Origin: Nitrososphaerota archaeon
GTDB lineage: Archaea; Thermoproteota; Nitrososphaeria_A; Caldarchaeales; Calditenuaceae
Assembly: GCA_033581555.1 (NCBI GenBank)
Contig: JAVQSZ010000006.1
Span: forward strand, 1 to 64,000
Length of the DNA: 64,000 nt
Reading direction: 5' to 3'
The translations under genes were made by a program, and so were the position numbers. The notes beneath the pieces are model-generated. The model did not search any database and was not told the DNA's origin. It saw nothing but the letters and a program-made list of their open reading frames with translations. Positions 8,385 to 18,093 of the stretch are shown here, piece by piece; position 1 is the first letter of the stretch; each line of letters begins with the position of its first letter.

Positions 8385-9926
8385 ATGTCCTCTGAGCTCT
8401 TCGGACCTCCAGCGGCCTCGCGCTCCCCTGAAGACTCGGGACTCGGGAGGGGCCTGAAGGTGGTCGTGGTGGGAGCGGGGCTCGGGGGACTCGCGGTCGC
8501 GGCCCTCCTGGCGAAGGACGGCCACGACGTCACCGTGGTGGAGAAGAACGAGTGGGTCGGGGGAAGGGCCAGCGTCTTCAGCAGGGACGGTTTCACGTTC
8601 GACACCGGACCGACCTGGTACCTCATGCCCGAAGTCTTCGAGGGGTTCTTCGCCCAGTTCGGGAGGAGGCCCGAGGACTTCTACAGGCTCATCAGGCTCG
8701 ACCCGAGCTACCGGGTCTTCTTCGACGACGGTACCGTGATAGACGTGAGCGCCGACATCGAGGAGGTCTACAAGCTCTTCGACGACCTCGAGGAAGGAGG
8801 CGGAGAGAAGCTCAGGAGGTTCCTGAGGAAGTGCGGCGAGCTCTACGGGAGCATCAGGAGGACGCTCTACCTGGACCTCGACTCGCCCCTCAGCTTCCTC
8901 AACCGCGAGGTGCTCTCCCAGGGGATGAAGGCCAACGTCCTCGAGTCGGTCGAGAGCTTCGTGAGGAGGCACTTCAGCAGCGACAAGGCGAGGAAGATCC
9001 TGCTCTACTCGATCGGGTTCGTCGGCACACCTCCGTCGAAGGCTCCGTCCTTCTACGCGATCCTGAACTACGTCAAGCTGGTCCAGGGCGTCTACTATCC
9101 GGAGGGAGGGATAAGGAGGGTGGTCGATGCGGTCTACAGGCTCGCAAGGGAGCACGGCGTCGAGTTCCTCCTCGGCCATGAGGTCAAGGCCCTCGAGGTC
9201 TCCGGCGGCAGGGCTAAGCGGGTCATAGCCGACGGCGTCTCGCTGGAGGCCGACGCAGTGGTCGTCAACGCGGACTACGCCCACTTCGAGATGAAGGTCC
9301 TCGAGCCCAGGTACCGGACCTACGACCTCGACTACTGGAACGGAAGGACCTTCACGCCCTCGGCCCTGATAGCCTACGTCGGCGTGAGGGGGAAGCTCGA
9401 GTCGCTGGTGAACCACAACGTCGTGCTGGAGCGCGACTGGGGCGAGAACTTCTCCCAGATATTCGACCCGAGGGCCGCGAGGTGGCCGGAGTACTCCTCC
9501 TACTACGTCCACGTGCCCTCCAGGACCGACCCTTCCGCCGCCCCTCCCGACGGCGAGGCGCTCTTCCTGCTGGTCCCGGTCCCCGCAGGGCTGAGGGACG
9601 GCGAGGCGGAGCGGGAGAGGCTCTACTCGAACGTCCTGAAGGACCTCGAGAGGAGGACCGGAGAGGAGATCGCGGACAGGGTAGCAGTCAGGAGGACCTT
9701 CAGCGTGAGCGACTTCGTCAGCGCCTTCAACTCGTTCAAGGGCTCGGCCCTGGGGCTCGCCCACACGCTCGGCCAGACCGCCTTCTGGAGGCCGAGGCAC
9801 AGGAGCAGGAAGGTCAAGAACCTCTACTACACCGGGCAGTACACCCATCCTGGGATAGGGCTCCCGATGGTCCTGATATCCGCGGAGATCGTCCGGAGGA
9901 AGGTCGAGAAGGAGGTGGCCGGGTGA
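8385..9926 (+). CDS. crtI: Phytoene desaturase
   Basis: GAGLGGL FAD motif, FDTGPTWY, RLDPSYR, GLAHTLGQTA, HPGIGLPM. Confidence 0.93.
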   Translation: MSSELFGPPAASRSPEDSGLGRGLKVVVVGAGLGGLAVAALLAKDGHDVTVVEKNEWVGGRASVFSRDGFTFDTGPTWYLMPEVFEGFFAQFGRRPEDFYRLIRLDPSYRVFFDDGTVIDVSADIEEVYKLFDDLEEGGGEKLRRFLRKCGELYGSIRRTLYLDLDSPLSFLNREVLSQGMKANVLESVESFVRRHFSSDKARKILLYSIGFVGTPPSKAPSFYAILNYVKLVQGVYYPEGGIRRVVDAVYRLAREHGVEFLLGHEVKALEVSGGRAKRVIADGVSLEADAVVVNADYAHFEMKVLEPRYRTYDLDYWNGRTFTPSALIAYVGVRGKLESLVNHNVVLERDWGENFSQIFDPRAARWPEYSSYYVHVPSRTDPSAAPPDGEALFLLVPVPAGLRDGEAERERLYSNVLKDLERRTGEEIADRVAVRRTFSVSDFVSAFNSFKGSALGLAHTLGQTAFWRPRHRSRKVKNLYYTGQYTHPGIGLPMVLISAEIVRRKVEKEVAG

Positions 9927-10811
9927 TTGATTCCGCGCGAGGAGGTCCCAGTCGACCCGGCGATATTCAGGCTCTTCAAGCGGGGCAGCGTCACCTACTT
10001 CAACAGCACCCTCTTCTTCCCGAAGGATGTCAGGAGGGACGTCTTCAGGCTCTACGCGTTCCTCAGGAAGGCCGACGACTTCGTCGACAGGGTTCCCCAG
10101 GACGCCGAGGGGTTCTACGCGTTCAGGAGGGAGTACGAGAGGGCCGCGAAGGGCCACGAGACCTCAGACGTCGTGATCAGGGAGTTCGTCGCTCTCTCGA
10201 GGGAAAGGGACTTCGACGAGCGCTGGGTCGAGGCCTTCCTCGACTCGATGGAGGCCGACCTCCACAAGAGGGTATACCACACCCTCGACGAGCTCCTCGT
10301 CTACGTCTACGGCTCAGCGGAGGTCGTGGGCCTCTTCATGGCCAGGATACTCGGGCTGCCGGAGGAGTCCTTCGTACACGCGAGGTTCCTGGGGAGGGCG
10401 ATGCAGTACATTAACTTCATCAGGGACATCCAGGAAGACCTCGAGCTCGGCAGGCAGTACCTCCCCGTCGAGGAAATGGAGAGGCACGGGTTGAAGAGCC
10501 TCGAGCCCGAGGAGGCCCACGCGAAGCGGGAGGAGTACACCGCCTTCGTCCGGGAGCAGATCGGGAGGTACGTGCTATGGCAGGGGTTCGCGGAGGAGGG
10601 GTACTGTTACATCCCCTACAGGTATCTTATCCCGATAAAGACCGCCGCTGACATGTACAAGTTCACTGCCGAGATAATTCACAGGAACCCGCTGATAGTA
10701 TACGTCAGGAAGGTCAAGCCGAAGAAGAAGCGGATAGTCTCTCAGGCCTACGTGAACCTCTTAGGCGCAGCGGTCTACAAGCTCCCCGGGGGTAGTCCGT
10801 ATTGCGGCTGA
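9927..10811 (+). CDS. crtB: Phytoene synthase
   Basis: GSVTY, LYAFLRKADDFVD, YVYGSAEVVG, QYINFIRDIQED..GRQYLP. Confidence 0.93.
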   Translation: MIPREEVPVDPAIFRLFKRGSVTYFNSTLFFPKDVRRDVFRLYAFLRKADDFVDRVPQDAEGFYAFRREYERAAKGHETSDVVIREFVALSRERDFDERWVEAFLDSMEADLHKRVYHTLDELLVYVYGSAEVVGLFMARILGLPEESFVHARFLGRAMQYINFIRDIQEDLELGRQYLPVEEMERHGLKSLEPEEAHAKREEYTAFVREQIGRYVLWQGFAEEGYCYIPYRYLIPIKTAADMYKFTAEIIHRNPLIVYVRKVKPKKKRIVSQAYVNLLGAAVYKLPGGSPYCG

Positions 10812-11683
10812 AGGAGGCGCTGGCTGAGCTCCTGAAGGTCTCGAGGTTCAGGTTCTGGATCTACGCCGCAGGGCCGTACGTCGTGGGGTACACGCTGGGC
10901 GCCTCGAGGTTCGAGGACTTCCTCAGGCCGGAGTACTACGTCTACCTGTTCTACTTCTTCGTCCCTGCTAACGTCTTGATCTACGGGATCAACGACTACT
11001 TCGACCTCGATACCGATGCGGCCAACCCGAAGAAGGACGCGAAGGAGCTGAGGGCCGTCGGGGAGGTGAGGGCGAGGCTGAGGAGGATGCTGGCGGCGGT
11101 GATCGCGCTGAGCCTCACGCTGATGGCCTTTCAGGACGACACAGCCAGGCTCCTCTTCGGGGGCTTCCTCTTCCTCACGGTCTTCTACAGCGCCCCTCCC
11201 CTTCGGTTCAAGAGCAAGCCGTTCATCGACTTCGCGTCGAACTACCTCTACATCATGCCCGGGGTCTTCGGGCACTACATCGCTTCGGGGAGGTTCCCGG
11301 AGCCACCGGTCCTCGTCGCCGCCTTCTGCCACATCGCGGCCATGCACATCTTCTCCGCGATCCCGGACATCGAGTACGACAGGAAGGCCGGACTGCTAAC
11401 GACGCCCGTCCTGATAGGCAAGGTTCCCGCTCTGATCTTAGCGACCGCCTTCTGGTCGGGGCTGGTCTACTTCGCGGTCACACTCACCGGCTTCAACCCG
11501 CTCAGCTTCCTCTCCCTGGTCTACGTCCTCGTGCCGATATCGGTCCTGGTCTTCAGGCGGGACATCAACAGGGTCTACTGGTACCTGCCGTACATCAACA
11601 CCGCGCTGGGAGGGCTCCTCTGGCTAGGGCTGGTCAACCACAAGGTCATCCCGTTCTTCCCCGAGGTTAAGCTGCTCGCGTGA
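10802..11683 (+). CDS. UbiA-family prenyltransferase, lycopene elongase type (LyeJ/CrtEb)
   Basis: SRFRFWIY, PANVLIYGINDYFDLDTD..NPKK, YSAPPLRFK, HIFSAIPDIEYD; coupled to crtI-crtB. Confidence 0.85.
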   Translation: MRLKEALAELLKVSRFRFWIYAAGPYVVGYTLGASRFEDFLRPEYYVYLFYFFVPANVLIYGINDYFDLDTDAANPKKDAKELRAVGEVRARLRRMLAAVIALSLTLMAFQDDTARLLFGGFLFLTVFYSAPPLRFKSKPFIDFASNYLYIMPGVFGHYIASGRFPEPPVLVAAFCHIAAMHIFSAIPDIEYDRKAGLLTTPVLIGKVPALILATAFWSGLVYFAVTLTGFNPLSFLSLVYVLVPISVLVFRRDINRVYWYLPYINTALGGLLWLGLVNHKVIPFFPEVKLLA

Positions 11684-11749
11684 GGGCGCGCCGGTTACCA
11701 CCCCTCGCCCGATAACGTTATCACGCGACCGAGTAGTGGAGGGCACGAC

Positions 11750-12136
11750 GTGAGGCGCGTGATATTCACCGAGTCGGCCCCGAGGCCGGTCGGGCCCTAC
11801 TCCCAGGCGGTGAGGGCAGGGGACCTCGTCTTCGTCGCGGGACAGGTACCGATCGACCCGAGGACGGGGAAGGTCGTCGAGGGAGGGATTAGGGAGCAGA
11901 CGAGGCAGGTCCTCGAGAACGTGAAGGCGATACTGGGCGCGGCGGGCTGCAGGCTGGAGGACGTCGTCAAGGTCAACGTCTACATCAGGAGGAGGGAGGA
12001 CTTCCAGGCGATGAACGAGGTCTACTCCCAGTACTTCGGGAAGGACCCGCCCGCGAGGACGACGGTCGTCTGCGAGCTGGTCAGGGAGGAGTTCCTGGTC
12101 GAGATCGACGCGGTGGCGGTGGTTAGGACCGGCTGA
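11750..12136 (+). CDS. ridA: RidA/YjgF enamine-imine deaminase
   Basis: GPYSQAV, AGQVP, MNEVY, PPARTT, VEIDA. Confidence 0.92.
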   Translation: MRRVIFTESAPRPVGPYSQAVRAGDLVFVAGQVPIDPRTGKVVEGGIREQTRQVLENVKAILGAAGCRLEDVVKVNVYIRRREDFQAMNEVYSQYFGKDPPARTTVVCELVREEFLVEIDAVAVVRTG

Positions 12137-12149
12137 AGGGTGTCCCTCC

Positions 12150-12638
12150 TTGGACCCGAGGGTGCTCCTCGCACCAGAATCTCTCTTCGCGGTCCTGATC
12201 GCGACAGCGGTCTGGTTCTTCCTCAGGTCGGTCTTCAGGAGGCTCGTCGCCATCTCGAGGGACTACCTGAAGTTCTACTACTTCCTCTCGTCGCTGACGG
12301 TCCTCGGGGTTCTGGTCTACTTCGCGTACAAGCTCGAGCTCTTCGACGTCGTGGTGGGGACGCTGACCGCGATAGGGGCCCTCGGGCTCGTGATGGGTCT
12401 GGGCCTGGTACCGTGGCTCTCGGACATCTACACCGGGATATCGCTCCTCTTGAACCCGTACATCAAGATCGGGACCGAGGTCGAGATCGCGGGGAAGAGG
12501 GGCAGGATAATCGCGATAACGCTCACGACCACGAGGATAGCCGGCGAGGGCTGCATCGTGGTGGTCCCCAACAGGAAGTTCAGGGACGAGATCGTGGTGG
12601 TCTACGGGACGAAGCCCCAGGCCCAGGTCGAGCTCTGA
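12150..12638 (+). CDS. Minimal MscS-family mechanosensitive channel
   Basis: 3 TM helices, GLG..SDIYTG..PYIKIG, VVVPN beta domain. Confidence 0.8.
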   Translation: MDPRVLLAPESLFAVLIATAVWFFLRSVFRRLVAISRDYLKFYYFLSSLTVLGVLVYFAYKLELFDVVVGTLTAIGALGLVMGLGLVPWLSDIYTGISLLLNPYIKIGTEVEIAGKRGRIIAITLTTTRIAGEGCIVVVPNRKFRDEIVVVYGTKPQAQVEL

Positions 12639-12640
12639 GG

Positions 12641-12958
12641 TCAACGCATGATCTGGACGTGCTTGACTCCGCCCACGACCCTGAACGCCGTAGCGGGTAT
12701 CAGCCCCTCCCTCACCGCGGTCTCGACTAGCTCGTTCCCCACGAAGTTGACGATGGTCGCGCTCGAGAGCATCGCCTGGAGCTGTTCCCAGTCGACGAGG
12801 CTCCCCATGTAGAACCCTTCAGAGATCACGACCTCGAACCCGTCCTCAACCGAGACGCGCCTCCCGAGGATCTCCTCGTCGCAGGCCGCCAGGACCACCT
12901 CTCCGGTGTAGGCATAGTGGAGCTTCGCCCAGAACCGCTGACCCCCCATCCCGCTCAC
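12641..12958 (-). CDS. DUF424 family protein
   Basis: LAACDEEILG, FYMG, NFVG..AV..G..GVKH. Confidence 0.85.
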   Translation of the reverse strand: MSGMGGQRFWAKLHYAYTGEVVLAACDEEILGRRVSVEDGFEVVISEGFYMGSLVDWEQLQAMLSSATIVNFVGNELVETAVREGLIPATAFRVVGGVKHVQIMR

Positions 12959-13169
12959 CTTGAGACGACTTCGGCCTGATTTAAGAGCGACGACCCTTTA
13001 CTGGCTGGGTTCAGGAGGGAGCGCCCGCGAAAGGAGGAGCTCCCTCGACCCCTCACGAGCATCTCCCAGACCCGCTGCAGGTCCATCCTTGACGAACTCG
13101 ATCCCGCATCCCCTCCGACGGGCGGCGCCCGCAGACAGACCGTCTTCGCAGGTCGTCCTCCTCCGTGCC

Positions 13170-14264
13170 TCACGACGGCCCGAGTCCCCGTGTTCGACGC
13201 GCCGACTCGCCTGCGCTAAGTCCGCGGTCCTGGCCGTCAGCGAGCTCCCTCACGACGCTCTCCACCAGCAGCCTCGAGGTCTCGATCAGGTCCTCGGGCC
13301 TCGTCAGCGGAGTGAGGACGAGATATCTGGCCCCCGCGTCGATGTACTCCTGCAGGAGCGAGACGCAATCGCTCGGCGTGCCGATCACCGCGACCCGCCT
13401 CTCGACCAGCTCGTCGAGCTTCATGTCGAGCTTCAGGGCCTCCTGCAACACCCTCTCGGCCAGCTCCCGGGTCAGCGGGACGTTCTTCCAGACGTTGAAC
13501 TCCGGGACCGCGAAGGTGAGGTAGAGGAACCTCGCGGGGATCAGGTACCTCCGCTCCAGAGTCTCCCTGTCCCTCGCGACCCCGACGTAGACGAAGAGCG
13601 CGGGCACTATCTTCTCAGGGTCCCTGCCCACGGCGGACGCGGTCTCCCTGATCAGCCGCAAGTTCCTCCTGTAGTCCTCGGGCGAGCCCGCTATCGGGAG
13701 CCATCCGTCCCCGAGCTCTCCGACCAGCTTAAGGGACCTCGGCGAGTTTGCGCCTATCCAGACCGGAGGGTGCGGCTTCTGGACGGGCTTCAGGTCGAGG
13801 ATCGCGCCCCTGAACCTCACGAAGTTCCCCTCGTAGTCGACCGAGTCCCTGGTCCAGAGGAGCTTGATCGCCTCGACGACCTCCCTCAGCCTCGAGACCG
13901 GCCGGTCCCACTCGACCCCGAACGGCGTCAGGTTCATCGGCTCGCCGGCTCCCATGCCGAGGATGACCCTCCCGTTGGAGAGGACGTCGACGGTCGCGAC
14001 GATCTGCGCCATCGTCTCGGGGCGCCTCCTGTGGGGGTCCGAGACCGCCGTGCCCAGGACTATCCTGCTGGTCTTGACCGCGATCGCCCCGAGCGTCGTC
14101 CACGCGTCGACCGCCGCGAACCTCCTCACGCCGAACGCGACCACGTGGTCCGCGAGCCAGATCCCGTCGAGCCCCGACTCCTCGCTGAGCTCCGCCGCCC
14201 TGAATATCACCTCTGGAGGGTAGAGGTTCGGCGCGAGGCCGAACTTCACGGAGCCCGAGGCCAT
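13170..14264 (-). CDS. LLM-class (luciferase-like, possibly F420-dependent) oxidoreductase
   Basis: IWLADH, LGTAV, SNGRVILGMGAG, PPVWIGA, GDGW. Confidence 0.9.
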   Translation of the reverse strand: MASGSVKFGLAPNLYPPEVIFRAAELSEESGLDGIWLADHVVAFGVRRFAAVDAWTTLGAIAVKTSRIVLGTAVSDPHRRRPETMAQIVATVDVLSNGRVILGMGAGEPMNLTPFGVEWDRPVSRLREVVEAIKLLWTRDSVDYEGNFVRFRGAILDLKPVQKPHPPVWIGANSPRSLKLVGELGDGWLPIAGSPEDYRRNLRLIRETASAVGRDPEKIVPALFVYVGVARDRETLERRYLIPARFLYLTFAVPEFNVWKNVPLTRELAERVLQEALKLDMKLDELVERRVAVIGTPSDCVSLLQEYIDAGARYLVLTPLTRPEDLIETSRLLVESVVRELADGQDRGLSAGESARRTRGLGPS

Positions 14265-14369
14265 CGGGTCAACTTCCTGCGTGAGGGAATTAAGCGTATG
14301 GGCAGAGGGGGCACTACACGGCGTCCTCGGCGCTGAGCGGGCCCTGCTGTCGGTCGCCAGGCTCGCTGG

Positions 14370-14696
14370 TCAGATCACCTCGATCCGATCGGTGGGTATC
14401 CCGTAGACCTCGGCGAGGATCTTCGGGACCTTCTCCCTCTGGTCGCCCTGGAGGATGATGACGCCGTTCTTGACCGCGCCCCCGCAGGCACACCTCGTCT
14501 TCAACTCCGAGACCAGCTCGTCGAGGTCGACGTCTGACCCCTCGAAGCCCTCGACCACGGTCACCAGTTTGTTCCACTTCTTCGTCTCGAGCCTCACCTT
14601 GATCTTCTGCATCTCATACGTGATCGTTTGGCAGACGCAGAGGCTCCTGGGAAGCCCGCAGGTTGGGCACGAATCCACCATTACTTCAGACCCCAT
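14370..14696 (-). CDS. Translation initiation factor aIF1 (SUI1)
   Basis: CPTCGLP..CVC, LKTRCACGG, LQGD. Confidence 0.93.
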   Translation of the reverse strand: MGSEVMVDSCPTCGLPRSLCVCQTITYEMQKIKVRLETKKWNKLVTVVEGFEGSDVDLDELVSELKTRCACGGAVKNGVIILQGDQREKVPKILAEVYGIPTDRIEVI

Positions 14697-14754
14697 TTCC
14701 TCCGCCGACTTAAAAGCCTTTACCGGCCGACGGACAGTTCTTCCGGGCTGGGCG

Positions 14755-15534
14755 ATGAACTCCGGAGGTCCGAGGAGGGCGGATATCGCGGTCGTGATAC
14801 CGACCTACAACGAGGCCGAGACGATAGGGAGCGCGGTGAGGGGCGTCGTCGAAGCGGCGAGCGGGGCCGGGCTCGAGTGCGTTGTCCTGGTGGTCGACGA
14901 CAGCAGCCCCGACGGGACCGCGGAGGTGGTGAGGAGGCTGGCCGGGGAGCTGGGGAGGGTCGAGCTGCTCGTGAGGCCGGGGAGGATGGGCATAGGCAGC
15001 GCGTACGTCGACGGCTTCAGGCATGCGGTCGAGAGGTTCGAGGGTCTGAAGGCGGTCGTCGAGATGGACGCGGACGGCAGCCACGACCCCTCCTACCTGC
15101 AGGCGCTGGTGGGGCCTGTCCTCTCGGGGACTGCGGACGTCGCGATCGGGTCGAGGTACGTCCCCGGGGGGTCCTGGGAGGGAGGTCAGACCTTCAGGGA
15201 GCTGGTGAGCAGGGGCGCGAACCTCCTCGCAAGGGTCTGCACGGGGCTGAAGGTGAGGGACGCGACCAGCGGTTACAGGGCGATATCCGCGGACCTGCTC
15301 AGGAGGTGCTCGGCCTCCCTCAGGGCGTCGAGCAGGGGCTACGTCTTCCAGGTCGAGAGCCTTGCGACCTTCGCGGCCTTCAGCGCGAGGGTCGTCGAGG
15401 TCCCGATCGCGTTCAGGCCGAGGGCCGCTGGGAAGAGCAAGCTGAGGTTCGAGGACGTCGTGACTTTCGCCGCCTGGAACCTCCGCTTCCTCCTGAAGAG
15501 GATGCTGGGGCGGACGGCCCGGCCCCTCACATGA
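14755..15534 (+). CDS. Polyprenol-phosphate mannose synthase (GT2, DPM1-like)
   Basis: IPTYNE, VDDSSPDGT, MDADGSH, GSRY, DATSGYR, EVPIAF. Confidence 0.9.
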   Translation: MNSGGPRRADIAVVIPTYNEAETIGSAVRGVVEAASGAGLECVVLVVDDSSPDGTAEVVRRLAGELGRVELLVRPGRMGIGSAYVDGFRHAVERFEGLKAVVEMDADGSHDPSYLQALVGPVLSGTADVAIGSRYVPGGSWEGGQTFRELVSRGANLLARVCTGLKVRDATSGYRAISADLLRRCSASLRASSRGYVFQVESLATFAAFSARVVEVPIAFRPRAAGKSKLRFEDVVTFAAWNLRFLLKRMLGRTARPLT

Positions 15535-16243
15535 CGCCCGGAGGCCCTCCCCTCCAGGCTCCCCGCCTCAGCGCGCGCTCGGCCTTCATCCTCGCGACCT
15601 CCTCGTCCAGCTCCCGTAGGTCCAACTCGACACCGATCACCCTCGAGAGGACCCTGAGGACCGCCCTCGCCGCGCCGGGCTGCCTGACCCTCGGGTTGTC
15701 TATCTCGCCGAGGACGCAGAGCCCCTCCATCTGCCGCTCCATCGCGAGTCCGTGGATAAGGCCGTTGAAGCCGGTGATGTAGCCCTCGTCGGTGAGCGGA
15801 ACCGAGCCCGCCCGCTCCGCGACCTCGCAGAGCCTCTCCGACGTCGCCGCGTAGAAGACCCTTGGGTTCTCGAGCCTCGACTCGCCAGTATGGGCCGCGC
15901 CCAGCGAGATCACGGTGTCGACGCCGACCGACTGGGCCAGGTCCAGGACCTTCTCGCAGAGCTCGAAGAGCGCTGTGCTCTCCGGGGGCTGGTAGTTCCC
16001 GGTGAACGCGATGAAGTCGTACCCGTCCCTCCCCAGTAGCTTGTACCACCCCCTCTCGAAGGCGATCGTCCTCCCTCTGTGGACGACGAAGGGAGGCCAA
16101 TCGCCGGTGGCCGAGGCGAGCTCCTCGAGGCCGCAGGACCTGATCAGGTGCTCCATCGCGATCCCCGCGACGTTCCCCATGTCGGGGAGGGCCGCGACCA
16201 GCACCTTCGCCCTCGGGATGATCCCCCTGACCCTGAACTCCAT
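15527..16243 (-). CDS. PAC2-family proteasome assembly chaperone
   Basis: LPDMGNVA, GNYQP, ISLG, ITGFNG, LGE. Confidence 0.85.
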   Translation of the reverse strand: MEFRVRGIIPRAKVLVAALPDMGNVAGIAMEHLIRSCGLEELASATGDWPPFVVHRGRTIAFERGWYKLLGRDGYDFIAFTGNYQPPESTALFELCEKVLDLAQSVGVDTVISLGAAHTGESRLENPRVFYAATSERLCEVAERAGSVPLTDEGYITGFNGLIHGLAMERQMEGLCVLGEIDNPRVRQPGAARAVLRVLSRVIGVELDLRELDEEVARMKAERALRRGAWRGGPPGVM

Positions 16244-16354
16244 CCTGAACTCCGAGGGGCCTGACCGCTATAATTTTCTGTTGCCCGCAACCGGCTCCGT
16301 TCGCGTCCTTCGAGGACGGGAACGTTTTAGACTGCGGCGAGACAGCCCGCGGCG

Positions 16355-16780
16355 ATGGCGGTCAGGTTCAGCAGGTCCGAGCTCGGCTTCCTCGAGAGGA
16401 TGGAGCTCTGCAGGCTCGCGACCGTCGACGAGCTCGGAAGGCCGCACGTCGTCCCGATCTGCTACGTCTTCGCTGAGGGAGCGTTCTACATGGTCACGGA
16501 CCCGGGGACGAAGAAGCACAGGAACCTCCAGAGGAACCCGTACGCGGCACTCGTTGTCGACGTCTACAGACCGAATCGGGCTGTGATGGTAACCGGGAAG
16601 GCGGAACTCCTCACCGCCGGAGAGGAGTTCAGGAGAGCGTCCCAGGCGTTCTACGAGAGGTTCGAGTGGGCGAGGCGCGACTTCTGGGACGAGGGCGAGG
16701 CGGTGGTGATCAAGCTGGTCCCCGAGAGGAAGGTCAGCTGGGGCCTCGGGCGAGGCCCTGCGGCGCGAAACGTAGATTAG
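16355..16780 (+). CDS. PNPOx-like (PPOX class) split-barrel protein
   Basis: LATVDELGRPHVVPI, KHRNLQRNP, KVSWG. Confidence 0.85.
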   Translation: MAVRFSRSELGFLERMELCRLATVDELGRPHVVPICYVFAEGAFYMVTDPGTKKHRNLQRNPYAALVVDVYRPNRAVMVTGKAELLTAGEEFRRASQAFYERFEWARRDFWDEGEAVVIKLVPERKVSWGLGRGPAARNVD

Positions 16781-16809
16781 AAGTCCGGGACCAGCGAGGC
16801 TCGAGGGAA

Positions 16810-16898
16810 GCCCCGGTAGCTCAGCGGCAGAGCGCCCGCCTTGTAGGTGGAGGCGCCGAGAGAGCGGGTGGTCGCGGGTTCGAATCCCGCCCGGGGCT
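16810..16898 (+). tRNA. tRNA-Thr(UGU) with a 17-nt intron at 37/38 (16846-16862); CCA not encoded
   Basis: Acceptor GCCCCGG/CCGGGGC, anticodon stem CCCGC/GCGGG, TTCGAAT T-loop, U discriminator. BHB: CUUG/CGAG helix with two 3-nt bulges. Confidence 0.96.
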
Positions 16899-17100
16899 CG
16901 CGAATGCGAGATCCGAAGCCGCACGAGCCACATGGTCCCTTCAAACCTTCATCCCGAACCGGGTCCCTTTTTCGAGACTTCCCCTCTAGGCTCCGCTAAT
17001 GAGATCCCCTATAAGCTCGGTTGCGCGGTCTTAGCGTCCTGAAACCGCCTGAGCCCCTTGAAGCTCAGGTTAGCCCTTTTTACCGCCGGTCGCTGCGAGA

Positions 17101-18093
17101 GTGGGGTTGAGCGTCGGGAGGTGCGCGGCTTGCGGCGAGAACCCTGTAGCGGTGGTCAGGCCCTACTCCGGAGAGAGGCTATGCAGGTCCTGCTTCGTCA
17201 GGAGCTTCGAGCGGAGGGTCCAGCGGACGATAACCAAGTACGACATGCTCAGGGAGGACGACAGGATCGCGGTCGCGCTCTCCGGAGGGAAGGACAGCCT
17301 GACGCTCTTGAGGGTCCTCGCGAAGATCGAGAGGAGGTTCCCGAGGGCGAGCCTGGTCGCTGTCACGGTCGACGAGGGGATCCCGGGGTACAGGGAGGAG
17401 GCGCTCGAGAACGCTAGGAGGGCCTGCGAGGAGCTCGGGGTGGAGCAGGTGGTGGTGGGCTTCGAGGAGATCTTCGGGTTCACGGTCTCGGAGGCGGTCA
17501 AGGGGGGTTACGCGGGCGAGCTCGGGCTCGGGGCCTGCACGGTCTGCGGCGTGCTGAGGAGGAAGGCGATCGAGCTGGGCGCGATGAGGGCGGGGGCTAC
17601 CGTCATAGCGACGGCCCACACACTCGACGACATCGTCCAGACCTACCTGATGAACGCGCTGAGGGGGGACCTGAACCACCCGCCGATCGGGCTGAGGAGG
17701 GCGAGCTCGGGTGCGATCCCGAGGGTCGCGCCGCTGAGGCTCACGCCCGAGAGGGAGGTCATCCTCTACGCCTACTACACTGGGATTCCGATGCAAGAGG
17801 TCGAGTGCCCGTACTCCGCCGGATCCCAGCGGTCGCTGGTCAGGTCCTTCCTCACCGAGTTCGAGGAGCGCTACCCGGGCTCCCTCTACGCGGCCCTCTC
17901 CAGCCTCGAGAACCTCCTCGAGCGGGCTCAATCGCCCGACGCGCCGAAGCGGAGGTGCAGGCTCTGCGGCTTCCCCAGCGGACAGGACCTCTGCAGGAGC
18001 TGCGAGATCGTCTCCTCGATCGTCGACCTCAAGGCCGAGAGGGTCAAGAGGATCCCGCTGATCCCCCAACCGGCCCGGGCGTGGGCCCCGTGA
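17101..18093 (+). CDS. tRNA 2-thiolation protein (NcsA/TtuA/Ctu1, TIGR00269)
   Basis: SGGKDS PP-loop, CTVCGVLRR, TAHTLDD, ECPY, N- and C-terminal Zn fingers. Confidence 0.92.
   Translation: MGLSVGRCAACGENPVAVVRPYSGERLCRSCFVRSFERRVQRTITKYDMLREDDRIAVALSGGKDSLTLLRVLAKIERRFPRASLVAVTVDEGIPGYREEALENARRACEELGVEQVVVGFEEIFGFTVSEAVKGGYAGELGLGACTVCGVLRRKAIELGAMRAGATVIATAHTLDDIVQTYLMNALRGDLNHPPIGLRRASSGAIPRVAPLRLTPEREVILYAYYTGIPMQEVECPYSAGSQRSLVRSFLTEFEERYPGSLYAALSSLENLLERAQSPDAPKRRCRLCGFPSGQDLCRSCEIVSSIVDLKAERVKRIPLIPQPARAWAP

Noticed and set aside
8343-10157. Long antisense and alternative-frame ORFs (604 aa here; also 12960-14336, 32132-33379 and many more)
   Set aside because: Shadows of high-GC3 coding strands; Arg/Pro/Gly-rich, no motifs, and they overlap well-supported genes
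12955-13173. 72-aa ORF between DUF424 and the LLM gene
   Set aside because: No motif, low-complexity composition, and it contains the probable DUF424 promoter
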